A DNA stretch of 64,000 bases, taken from NCBI RefSeq assembly GCF_006345805.1, contig NC_043010.1, positions 22,444,001 to 22,508,000 of the forward strand, given 5' to 3'. Source of the DNA: Octopus sinensis (taxonomy: Eukaryota). The notes beneath the pieces are model-generated. The model was not told the DNA's origin, made no database searches, and saw only the letters and a list, made by a program, of their open reading frames with translations. Each line of letters opens with the position of its first letter. The first letter of the stretch is position 1. This document shows positions 53,050 through 64,000 of the stretch, in pieces. Both the position numbers and the translations under genes were made by a program.

Positions 53050-53450
53050 TATATGGCTGTGTGGTAAGAAACTTCCTTCCCCACCAAATACTTCCGCCTT
53101 CAGTCCCACTGCATGACACCTTGTGTATGTGTCTTCTACTATAGCATCGGGCCGACCGAAGCCTTGTAAGTGGATTTCGTACACGGAAACTGTAAGAACC
53201 CTGTCGTATATATATATATATATATATTATATGTGCGCGTGTTTGTGTCTGTGTCTTTCTGTCTGTGTTGTCGACCAATCATCGCTTGACAAACAATGTT
53301 GGTGTTTACATCGCTGTGACCAAGCGTTTCGGCCAGAATGCCCGATAGAATAAGTACCAGGCTTACAAAGAATAAGTCCTGGGGTCTATTTCTACGAATA
53401 AAGGTGGTGCTCCAGCATGGCCACAGCCCAAGAGCTGAAACTGGAAAACA
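53050..53450 (+). mobile_element. SINE family A, diverged
   Basis: Collinear with the adjacent copy. Confidence 0.82.
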
Positions 53451-53534
53451 TATAAAACATAAAACATGTATATATATATATATATACATACATACATACA
53501 TACATACATAAATACATACATACATAGATACATA

Positions 53535-53945
53535 GGCGTAGGAGTGGCTGTGTGGTAAGTAGCTTGCTTATGAACCGCATGGTGCTGGGTTCAGTCCCAC
53601 TGCGTGACACCTTGGGAAAGTATCTTCTACTATAGCCTCGAGCCAAAGCCTTGTGTATGGATTTGGTAGACGGAAACTGAAAGAATCCCATCGTATATAT
53701 GTATATATACATATATGTATGTGTATGTGTTTGTGTCTATGTTTGTGTGTCCGTGTTTGTCCCCCAACATCGCTTGTCAACCGGGGACGTGTGTTTACGT
53801 CCCTGTAACTTAGCGGTTCGGCAAAAGAAACCGATAGAATAAGTACTAGGCTTACAAAGAACATGTCCTGGGGTCGATTTGCTCGACTAAAGTCGGTGCT
53901 CCAGCATAGCCACAGTCAAATGACTGAAACAAGTAAAAGAGTAAA
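53535..53945 (+). mobile_element. SINE family A, full length
   Basis: tRNA-like head with A/B boxes, CCTTGGGAAAGTATC segment, central microsatellite, 3' half ending AAGTAAAAGAGTAAA. Confidence 0.9.
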
Positions 53946-54148
53946 TGCTTTCTCTGGTCATTTCTCCACTTTAAAAATTAGCTGTTTATAATTTATTAGG
54001 TGTTTATAAAAATGTGATTCTGATAGGAGTGCCTCCCTTAAAAACAGTTTTTCGCCTGAAAATATAGTCTTATTCTCTGCGCAAGCAGAACTGTGTCATT
54101 ACACATACGCGCGCGCGCATACCCTTACATATACATATAAATATATAT

Positions 54149-54199
<51 letters not shown>

Positions 54200-55489
54200 G
54201 ACGGGCTTCTTTCAGTTTCCGTTTGTAAAATCCCCTCTTGCTGTTTCGATCGTCCCGTGACTATATTAGTAGTTTAGGCCCACAATCCAAGCAGCTGAGC
54301 AGTGGGTCTGAACCCGGTATCATGCATTTGGGAAGCACCTATCTACTCATGTATGTACGTACGTATGTATGGCTGGATGTATGGGTAGATATATGCATAG
54401 GTGTATGGATGGGTGGATGGGTGGATGGATTGATAGATGGATGGATGTATGTTTTTATGTTTACAATTTTTTTTCTTTGCAGCAGTTGATCTCGAAGCAC
54501 ATAGATCTATAAACAAAAGCGTGTATGTACTGGGCTGAAAAATCCTTTGGGGCAAAATTAAGCCCAAGACTTGAACATCAAACCACGTCTTCTGGAGACA
54601 TGATAACCTTCAACAAATAGGTTTATCAAACCAATATTTACATTTATTTATTTATAGATTTACGTTCTTCGAGAATTGTTTCACATTCTTATAAATCCTC
54701 ATGGCTTTTTAAATACATATGTGTTTGTGTGCACGTGCAAGTGTCTGGTTGACTTCTGTCTATCAATCTATCTGTCTATCAATCTGCTTGTCTGTCTGTA
54801 TGTAAGTATGGATGGATGGATGTATAGATTTATGTATGGATGTATGTATAATCACAGATTCTCTATATTTTGGATAAAGAGCATTAGAAAGATGCTGCCA
54901 GTTTTCAGTTAATCTGGAATTTCTCCCTTATTTTCTTTGCGTTTAAGCAGTTTAGAAGAATTTTCTAGATGCATTTTATAAAAATGTTTACAATAAACAA
55001 AAATAACAAAAATAAAAATAAAAGAACACAAAGAAAGAAAAGGAAAAAGAAAAGAAAATATCGTAATCGAACCAAAAATTGAATTTTATGCTTAGCTATT
55101 TTTTCGGTTTTCTGAGCAAAATTAGTTTGTGTTTTTAATCCTTCACTAATTTACATAATTACTGTAAATGAGTTATTTTTCTAATCAGTTACTTTACTCA
55201 CTGCTTAGTGAAGTGCTTCTGGTTATACTAAACTCTTTGTTTTCTCGGTGAGCTTTTTATTTTAGCTATTGGAAATATCAGAAAATTAAGTGTAAAACCT
55301 TTTCATTAAATAGATGTCTCTACGCAAAATGTGGGTTTCTAGGGCAAAAATGATGCCTACAACTTAGCGCAATGCATAAAACACGTTTTCTGTTTTAGAG
55401 AGTTCTGTTCAATAAAGTTTTAGTCTTCATTTTCTGATGTTTTCAATATATTTTAAAAACTACTGAGGAAATAAAGAGAACTGTGTACC

Positions 55490-55534
<45 letters not shown>

Positions 55535-55695
55535 TGTGTTTATACTTCCTTAATTTATCTCTCCTCTTTCTATAGGCTACCTCTGACGTTATATCCTATA
55601 ACGTTTTTTCAAACAATATTAATAGCGTTCAGTTAATCACTATACATATCCATCATTTTCTGTTAAAATGTATTTTTGACGAGTTTCATTTCTTC

Positions 55696-55784
55696 ACTTG
55701 CCTGAAGAGAAGATTACATTGTTTTACACCATTTTATTCCTTTGGAATAATAGCAGTGATATCTTCGAAACATGTGTCGGAAGT
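55696..55784 (+). ncRNA. Type-I hammerhead with extended stem II
   Basis: ACTTGC, CTGAAGA, GAAGAT..ATCTTC, GAAAC atgt GTC, GGAAGT (one G/G mismatch in stem I). Confidence 0.72.
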
Positions 55785-56416
55785 AAAAGTATTTGAATTA
55801 CACCTACGTTAAACTCCATCTATTTATTTTTATATTATACAAAATATTTAACGTAAATCTGAAGTTTCTACCTTTAAAAACAAGGAGTTACAACCTCTTT
55901 ACTTGTGTGATTTCTTGTTGCCCTGATAACTATTTAGAAATTTGAATAATTTACTCTTCTAAATTACCTTTCTTCATATTATAAAATATCGCCGTCTACT
56001 AAACCTATGAATATCTTCCTTCTTTGATTTTCCCTCTTCCATCTTTCTTAGTATATATTTTGACCCCTAATATGTTCACTTGATTAATAAGGCTTTTCCC
56101 CCAGTTAATAAGTACTATGCCTACTCATAATAAGTGATTGTCTCTTTCTTCAAATTGAATAAATTTTAGATTTATATTTTTTCCTTTATTCTAACGTGTC
56201 AAAGTACTTGGAACTTATAGACCAACTGTTGTGATGATGTGCATAGTGTTTGTAAGGTCTCTGAATTCTCTGTGAATGTTATTGTGACCATTTGACATTG
56301 ACCTAGTTCTCCTAACGCCGAATCTGTTCATAAATTCCTTATATGGAGCTCTTACTGTGAAAATCCCTATATATCCAGCCTGTAGAGGAAGTCCCTCAAC
56401 GAAGAACGGTGCTTAC

Positions 56417-56459
56417 CATGCGTTGACAAGAAGCAATAACCTCGAAACCGGTCCGTATG
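56417..56459 (+). ncRNA. Minimal hammerhead, U3-A8 variant, unit 1
   Basis: CATGCG, TTGACAA, GAAG caataa CCTC, GAAAC cg GTC, CGTATG. Confidence 0.72.
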
Positions 56460-56776
56460 TAGTATCCGTATCTTCGGGGAGGCTGATCTCCCTTTGCAGG
56501 CTGGCAAGGACACCGAGATGGTGTCGGCCCTTCTGGTGACGTCGATGATCGCCTGGGGCTAAATGCATCAGTAACACCCCCACCACCCCGCCCTGACCCT
56601 AGCCACATTCAGATGGCTGATCCCCCTTATGTTATAGAGCAGTTACTGTTTATATCTCGCTCAGAGATTTATTATTGTTTTCGAACAGATTTTCTACGCC
56701 AGTGACTGTGGTTACTGTGAAAATCCCTATATATCCAGCCTGTAGAGGAAGTCCCTCAACGAAGAACAGTGCTTAC

Positions 56777-56819
56777 CTTGCGTTGACAAGAGGCAATAAC
56801 CTCGAAACCGGTCCGTATG
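56777..56819 (+). ncRNA. Minimal hammerhead, U3-A8 variant, unit 2
   Basis: CTTGCG, TTGACAA, GAGG caataa CCTC, GAAAC cg GTC, CGTATG. Confidence 0.75.
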
Positions 56820-57397
56820 TAGTATCCGTATCTTCGGGGAGGCTGATCTCCCTTTGCAGGCTGGCAAGGACACCGAGATGGTGTCGGCCCTTCTGGTGAC
56901 GTCGATGATCGCCTGGGGCTAAATGCATCAGTAACACTCCCACCACCCCGCCCTGGCCCTAGCCACATTCAGATGGCTGATCCCCCTTATGTTATAGAGC
57001 AGTTACTGTTTATATCTCGCTCAGAGATTTATTATTGTTATATATATATTATATGTAGAAAAATACAAACTGGGACAAGAACGTAAAACATTTAGAAGAC
57101 GATACAAAAAACACGGACGGGACATTCGAAGCCTTCAATCTTCAGTCAAGAACCGGATCATCCTAGCAATTTCGGCTGATTAATCTTGAGATCGCTCCGA
57201 TCCGGCCAGCCCCAAGGAAAAACTAAGCTACGAGCATTAGATTTCTTGGAAGAAGGATCGAATGTTTACGAAACAGGGACAGAAAAACAGACGATGCCAC
57301 ACGAATATAAAATACAAAAAACAATAATGGTAAAAACAGGACAAAAACAGCGGGTGTCTTACGACTAATAAACAGTGCAACAAGTTTAGCTGGCATA

Positions 57398-57454
<57 letters not shown>

Positions 57455-58634
57455 TAATCATCTATCCATCCTCATACAGAGAGAGAAAAAGAGACAGCGA
57501 TACATGCAGCTAGCCATCTATTCACAGACATATATACTTACATAGATACATGCATATATATCAGCGCGTGTACGTGTGTGTGTGTGTGTGCGTGCGTGTG
57601 TGTGTGTGTGTGCGCGCGTGTCTGTGTGCGTGTGTCTGTGTGTGTGGGCGTGCACCAGACCCAAATTAGTGGACATGCTATGTTTGTATTTACATAGCTT
57701 CATCACTGGGAGTGGTGTTAGGCGAATGCTGGATGGGCATGGTGGGGGGAAGGGTGCGTGTATGTTGGTGTAGGGGACGCGGTGGAAACAATTTGTTGGT
57801 GGCCGGCTTATTTATTTATGGGGATTAAGAGGGGCCACTTGTAGTAAAAGACGTTGATGGGAACTAAATGGAATACACACCCTCCTTCATTTGATGGCAA
57901 TGAATATTTCAACAACACACGCATGTACAAACGCACACACACATGAAGAGACATACACACATACACATGCACAAAACAAACACACATGCACAAACACGTG
58001 CACAAGCTTATATATATATATACATATATAATACATATATAGAAACACACTCTGACGTATATAGCCACAACAGACAGACATACACACATATATATATACA
58101 TACACACGCTCGACCCCTCCTTTTTTGTATATATGTCAAATAAGTTCAAACCACAGGAGAGTATGGGTGTTCCTCCACCCTCCACCCCATCCTCACATAC
58201 AACATTCCCTTTTCAACTTATTACCCCCCCCCCTGTCTCTCACTATTACTTCCTGATCGCCATTTTTCACTTCTCTTCCGCTTCAAGTCGCCACGATAGA
58301 TGGCAACGGTCAGTTAGAGTGACATTTGACGCCAGGTCTCTGTTTGCACGACGAATTTTTGTTTTGACCACCCATGGTTAAAACACACATAAGCAGAGGC
58401 GTGCATGCATGCAGTCATACATACACACTCACACACATACATACACACACACATACATACACACACATATACATACATACACACATACATACATACACAC
58501 ACATGCATACATACATACATACATACATACATACATACAACATACATACATACATACATACATACATACATACATACATACGAGTGTGTGTTGCGTATAT
58601 ATACACGTACATGTACACAGAAACATATGTATGT

Positions 58635-58683
<49 letters not shown>

Positions 58684-58836
58684 AGTATGTATGTATGTAT
58701 GTATGTATATGTATACATATATAATGTATGTGTGTATATATATATATATATATTTATATGTATATATGTATGCATGTATATATATATGCATTTATATATA
58801 TATGCATGTATGTATATATGTATGTATGCATATATG

Positions 58837-58907
<71 letters not shown>

Positions 58908-59141
58908 AATCCAAACGGGAAAACAAAAAAACAACAACAATGGAACAATTACAGTATTATTATTAATAGGCGCTCAGGAAATGGAAGCAGGGTATGTATA
59001 TATACACACACATGTATGTCGACATATGGGTGCATGTGTGTGAGTATGTGTACGTGTGTGTGCGTGTCTGGCTACTACATTCAATAGGCAACAAGTCGTC
59101 TTGTTGTTTCCTCCGCACTTTAACTTCCCACCCGTTTACAG

Positions 59142-59218
59142 CATTGAGAATCTGCGTGGTTGCTCCTTCTGCTAGAAATAACAGCCCGTACACCACACCA
59201 TTTTTAAATAAGAGGAAG
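59142..59218 (+). CDS. Candidate 77-nt exon, unknown product
   Basis: Long pyrimidine tract with tttaac and tttacag| acceptor, AAG|gtacat donor, and a single open frame LRICVVAPSARNNSPYTTPFLNKRK. Confidence 0.3.
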
Positions 59219-59529
59219 GTACATCAAATCGTGCTGTTTTACATATCAAAAAATTGACACTCATGGCTGGAATAGTGATTACTTATACGTTTAGGGGATC
59301 GGAGGTTTCCTGGGGCTAAAACAACAACACTTTCTAAATTTGGCACAAAGGCTTGTATTTTTGAGGGGATGGGGACTTCGTCGATAACACCAGCCTCAAA
59401 ACTGCTGACGAGATACCTTCTTTTATTGACCGGGAGGGATGAATGGTAAAGTTAACCTCCGACATTATTTGCCCTAAGAATGTAAAGAGCCGGAACAAAT
59501 TCTGCAAGTCATTTTGTTAAGCAACAGCA

Positions 59530-59561
<32 letters not shown>

Positions 59562-60958
59562 CACATATATTTTTCTCCTTCTTTTCATGTACCCAATCCA
59601 TATAGCTTACCCATGGAGCCAGACTATACAGTCATACACATTCCTTATGTTTTCGAAACACCAGCGCTCCTTCAAATCTATCGATAACTTGACTTTGGTT
59701 CCGTCCTTGTGCTAAGATGCACAAACTTAGCAATACCAACCACACCCTTCACAATTAAGTTTACATCTCAAGCAATGCGTAACCTCCACAGCGATGTCAC
59801 TTGTACCCCCAAATTTAATATTAGTTGTAAAAGAAAGCATAATGCACACCGTTCTTATGAGGCATCAATACTCGGTTGATTCAATTTTCCACAACATGCT
59901 TCCGTCACAATTTCCACAATTCAGTTAGTTATCTCTCACACCACTCTTTACACTGGATTCCCAACTTTTCTACTTTAATTTCACACTTCTTCAATACTGC
60001 AGATTTCTTTTGTCACAATACCTCGCCATCTTTTGTTATTTTGGTGAGATATCCTACTGCTTCTTATCCCACCCCTCTTCAGCCAGTTCATTCTGTACAA
60101 TACCTTTAACATTTTAGGCATTCAAATTACTCCGTTGAATGTAAAACTAAAGGATTCATATTGTTCTGAATTGATCATGTTTTGTCTTGTAGCTTCAAAA
60201 TTTTGATGATCAGGGTGTGTACTTTTAGAATAACATTGTATGGTAGGTGTAAGAGGCAAGATCCGGACAGTTTGAACATAAAACAGATATAATCTTTGGG
60301 CTGGATTAAAGGGCCAGTTTAAATGCTGAAGTGTTAAACTCTTTCGATTCCAGGTCACTCAGCAACAAAATCCCCGTTTTTTGAGATTTTGTTTGAGAGT
60401 TAAGCAAGAATTTATTAGAATTTACACTTTTGAACATGCCGAAGTAGGTGTACAAGAGTAGCTCGTTCGGTAAGACTCTAATCGGGCATGAGGTGTTACT
60501 GTATTGACTTCTGGAAAGCTATAGGAGATTCCATTTGAGGGCGTGACTGAGCTAGGTAAATCTGTGCAAGCTCGACTAGATGACCAAAGATATTAAAAGG
60601 CATCATAAATATTGGATTAGCTCTATCTCTCTCTCTCTCTCTCTCTGTCTTTTCCTCTTTCTCTCTCCTTCACTCTCACTCTCTCTGTCTTTTCCTCTTT
60701 CTCTCTCCCTCACTCTCACTCTATGTATATATACGCGCGTGTGTATGCGTGTGTAGCGATGGTTACAACGACGAGTGTCCCAACTAACTGATCGACGGAA
60801 CAGCCTGCTCGTGAAATTAACGGGCTAAGTTACTGCTACGTAAGAACACCAATACTGGTTGGTAAACCATGGTGAAAGACAAACACAGACACAAAGCACA
60901 CACACTCACACAGACACTCACTCACATACTCACACACACATACGTACATACATATATA

Positions 60959-60998
<40 letters not shown>

Positions 60999-61000
60999 AT

Positions 61001-61032
<32 letters not shown>

Positions 61033-61339
61033 CGAGGGACTTCTTTCAGTTTCCGTCTACCAGATCTGCTCTCGGACCATGTGGTTGGGAAACACGCTTT
61101 TTACCACACAGACTCACCATCACCTATGTTCATATTTCCTATATAGAAGGTTTAGGAAAATCACAACATTGTAACAACATTTAAGCCAGAGGAGGGATTA
61201 TACCATGTGATATTTATAAAATAAATGCAACAACAATATTTGAATCAGAGACGTAATTGTACCTCCGTGTACCACATAACTTTACACTAGAGTGGCAACT
61301 TCGACGAAGCAAGGCGTCTATACTCTAAGATTGTAGCAC

Positions 61340-61892
61340 CGTGAATTTTATGATGTTGCTGCTTTTGTTGACGAAGACGACGACGATGATGATGATGATG
61401 TTGATGATGATGACGAAGGTGATGATGACCATAACTATGGCAACGGAAGCAAAGATGATATTAAAGAGAAGGGGGCGTAATGCTAATGATGATGATGACG
61501 ATGAGGGTGATGGTGATGACCATGGTGGTGGTGGTGGTGCTGCTGCTGCTGATGTTGCTCCTGCTGCTACTGGTGGTAGTGGTGGTGTTGTGGTGATGCT
61601 GGGAGTGCTGCTGCTGTTGCTGGTGGTGATGGTGGTGATGAATATGAAGCTGATGATGATGATGGTGATGATGATGCTGCCCCTGCTGTTGCTGCTGGTG
61701 GTGGCGGTGATGGTAATGATGAGGATGATAATGTTGGTGATGATGATGATGACGGGGGTACCGCCGCTGCTGCTGCTATTGTTGGTGGTGATGATGAAGA
61801 TAATGATGATAATGATGATAGTGTTGGTGACGATGATGATGGAGGTACTACGGTGCTCCTACTGTTGCTGCTGTGGTGTTTATGATGAAGAC

Positions 61893-61931
<39 letters not shown>

Positions 61932-63370
61932 AGTGTTGGTGATGATAATGATGATGGACATAATCAGTATTTTGAAACATTTAACACTAAGATTATAAAA
62001 GAATTCATTATCCTTTTTGTTGATATTTCATTGCTTTTTGGAAATTTTTTGTTCTTTTCTTTTGTTTTTGTTTTAATACTTTTTGCCTTTCGTTTTTCTT
62101 TTTTAGCTTCTCAATTGTTAACAAATTTGTTTCATCTTTCAAGAATTCTTTTGTAATGATCGACGATGACACTGGTGGTGGCGGTGGTGGTGGAGGCTGT
62201 GGTGGTATTATAATGGTGGCGTTGGTGGTGATGGTGGTTGTGGTAGCAGTTGTTGTGTGGTGACGGTGGTTACGGTGCCGGCGATGGTGGTGGTGGTGGT
62301 GATGTTGTTCGTAGTGGTTACCGTGGAACTGGCGACGATGGAAACGGCAATAAGTCTGTAGAATCACCAAGAAGTCACAGCAGAGGCGTGGAGACAAGGA
62401 GATTTCGTTAGATGGAACTTCAGGAATGCGTCTGCACGAAGACCGTCACCACCACACCACCACCGCCGCTCTCACCACTACAATCACTTAAGCATTAGTG
62501 ACCAGCATTAATACCAACTTCATCATCACCACCACCACTTAAACCATCGCCACCACCACCAATGGACCAACTTCATCGCCGTTACCACCGTCCCCACCAC
62601 CACTCCTATTCCCCAGTTAGTGATCACTGTTTACACCAACTTTACCTTCACCATCACCACCACCACCATCATAATCATAACATTCTTCCTATTCACCTTC
62701 ATCATCACCATCACCATCATCCTATCGTCATCATCATCATCACCATCCTCCTCATCATCATCAACATCATCACCATCATCATAATCATCACCATCACCAT
62801 CATCGTCATCACCATCATCATCATCATCATCATAGTCATCATCATCACCATCATCATCATAGTCATCATCATCACTATAGTCATCATCATCAGTACCACT
62901 ATCACTGTCGTCAAAACCATCACCGCCATCACCATCATCACAACTACCACCGTTATCACCACCACCACCACTACCACCTCTGCTACTATTGCTAGTTAAC
63001 TTTTAGTGACCTTCATTAACACCTATTCCGTTACGAGAACAACTAAAAACAGCAGCAGTAACACCTCCACCACCACCTCCAATACCATCCACATCACCAT
63101 CATCACCATCATTACCACCGCCAGCACCACTGCCGCCACCACTAATACATACCATTAGTGCCATTTCCAGCACCCGTGATATTATCACCACCACCACACC
63201 AGCAGCACCACCACATCCACCGCCACCCGAAATAACCACCCTCACCACGATTCGAACCCTCCCCAACTATCTAACCAGCATTTGCATCTTCTAATACAGT
63301 TATGGTTGACGTTCAGGTTGCTGCTTCTGCTGTTGTTGTTGCTGTTATTGTTGTTGTTGTTGCTGTTGTT
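61340..63370. repeat. Cryptic trinucleotide low-complexity region (GAT/GGT/GCT switching to CAT/CAC)
   Basis: Direct observation. It produces homopolymeric ORFs on both strands. Confidence 0.9.
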
Positions 63371-63376
63371 GTTACT

Positions 63377-63660
63377 ACCTCCACCTTAGCGAAGGCGGAG
63401 GTATTGTTTTCAGTCATTTTTGTTTGTCCGTGGACAAGATATCTCAAGAACCGCTGGATGGATTTGGATAAAACTTTCAGGGATGTTTGGCCTCGTGCCT
63501 AGCACGAACTGATTAGATCTTAGTATCAATCCTGTACCGGACAAGGATTCTGGATAATCTTTCTTGTTCTTTCTTTTACTTAAGTTTTGAGATCGGTTGG
63601 GTTCATTTTTATTATTCTCGTTTGTGAGAGCAGTCGAATATTAACCCACGTCTTCTGAAC
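63377..63660 (+). mobile_element. Possible Helentron/DINE-like non-autonomous element
   Basis: Terminal hairpin ACCTCCACCTT-agcg-AAGGCGGAGGT, then ATTGTTTTC and a GGATGGATTTGGATAAAACTT core-like motif. Confidence 0.45.
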
Positions 63661-63964
63661 AGGTGTGTTTTATCTATATCAGGGATTCTCAATCATTTTA
63701 AAAAGCAGTGCTTGAATTTGAACAGTGCATAGATATTCTCATCTTAAAAATCATCTCTGGCTAAGCGTTCTGTGACTGCTCTTGTTGTTGTTGTTGTTGT
63801 TGTTATTGTTGTTGTTACTTCTGCTGTTGATGTTATTCTTGCTTCTGTTGTTGTTTTTGTTGCTTCTGTTGTCGTTGTTGTTGTCGTTGTTGCTGTTATT
63901 GTTGTTGTTGTATTTGTTGTCGCTGTTGTTAGGTTCCGTTATTTGGCTTAAATATTAATATTAC

Positions 63965-64000
<36 letters not shown>

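Larger units (their letters stand above)
56352..57039 (+). mobile_element. 360-bp head-to-tail dimer (360 + 328 bp) with one hammerhead per unit; retrozyme/PLE-pLTR-like
   Basis: Units start at 56352 and 56712, with 5 substitutions seen. Ends at (TA)n. Confidence 0.85.

Noticed and set aside
57060-57380. Hammerhead-like pieces on the minus strand (CTGAAGA..CTTCGAATGTC and GGCTG..CAGCCGAAA), with a related block at about 36590-36680
   Set aside because: The first lacks GAAA and the second lacks a CUGANGA core. Probably a PLE-type end, but not supportable as a ribozyme.
59850-60110. Faint RTE-like translation on the minus strand (also about 12740-13140)
   Set aside because: Too decayed to support without a profile search.
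61341-63266. ORFs rich in M, V, H, I or G
   Set aside because: Overlapping homopolymeric ORFs from trinucleotide low-complexity sequence.

Overview
AT-rich animal genomic DNA that is almost entirely non-coding and extremely rich in microsatellites. The SINE families and repeat landscape look like a coleoid cephalopod, probably Octopus (inference). No intact host gene is recognisable, and nearly all ORF-track entries are microsatellite artefacts. The real coding sequence belongs to decayed retroelements: two 5'-truncated R4/Dong-clade non-LTR elements (RT, CCHC zinc knuckle, restriction-like endonuclease) stacked in (TAA)n tracts at 6.1-10.7 kb, a decayed Penelope-like element (PLE) at about 47.6-49.8 kb, and an RTE 3' end. 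There are also four tRNA-derived SINE families, Tigger/pogo-like MITEs and possible Helitron/Helentron derivatives. The most notable hidden signal is a set of about 11 type-I hammerhead ribozyme (HHR) or HHR-like motifs from about 6 unrelated short repeat families, found and folded by eye. Highlights: (1) a 360-bp head-to-tail dimer whose HHR has the compensatory U3-A8 core (retrozyme/circRNA-like); (2) a 670-bp near-perfect inverted repeat with a complete long-stem-II HHR in each arm; (3) an HHR fused directly to a truncated PLE RT. A few splice-bounded exon candidates are low confidence. All folds and alignments are manual and no database search was possible.
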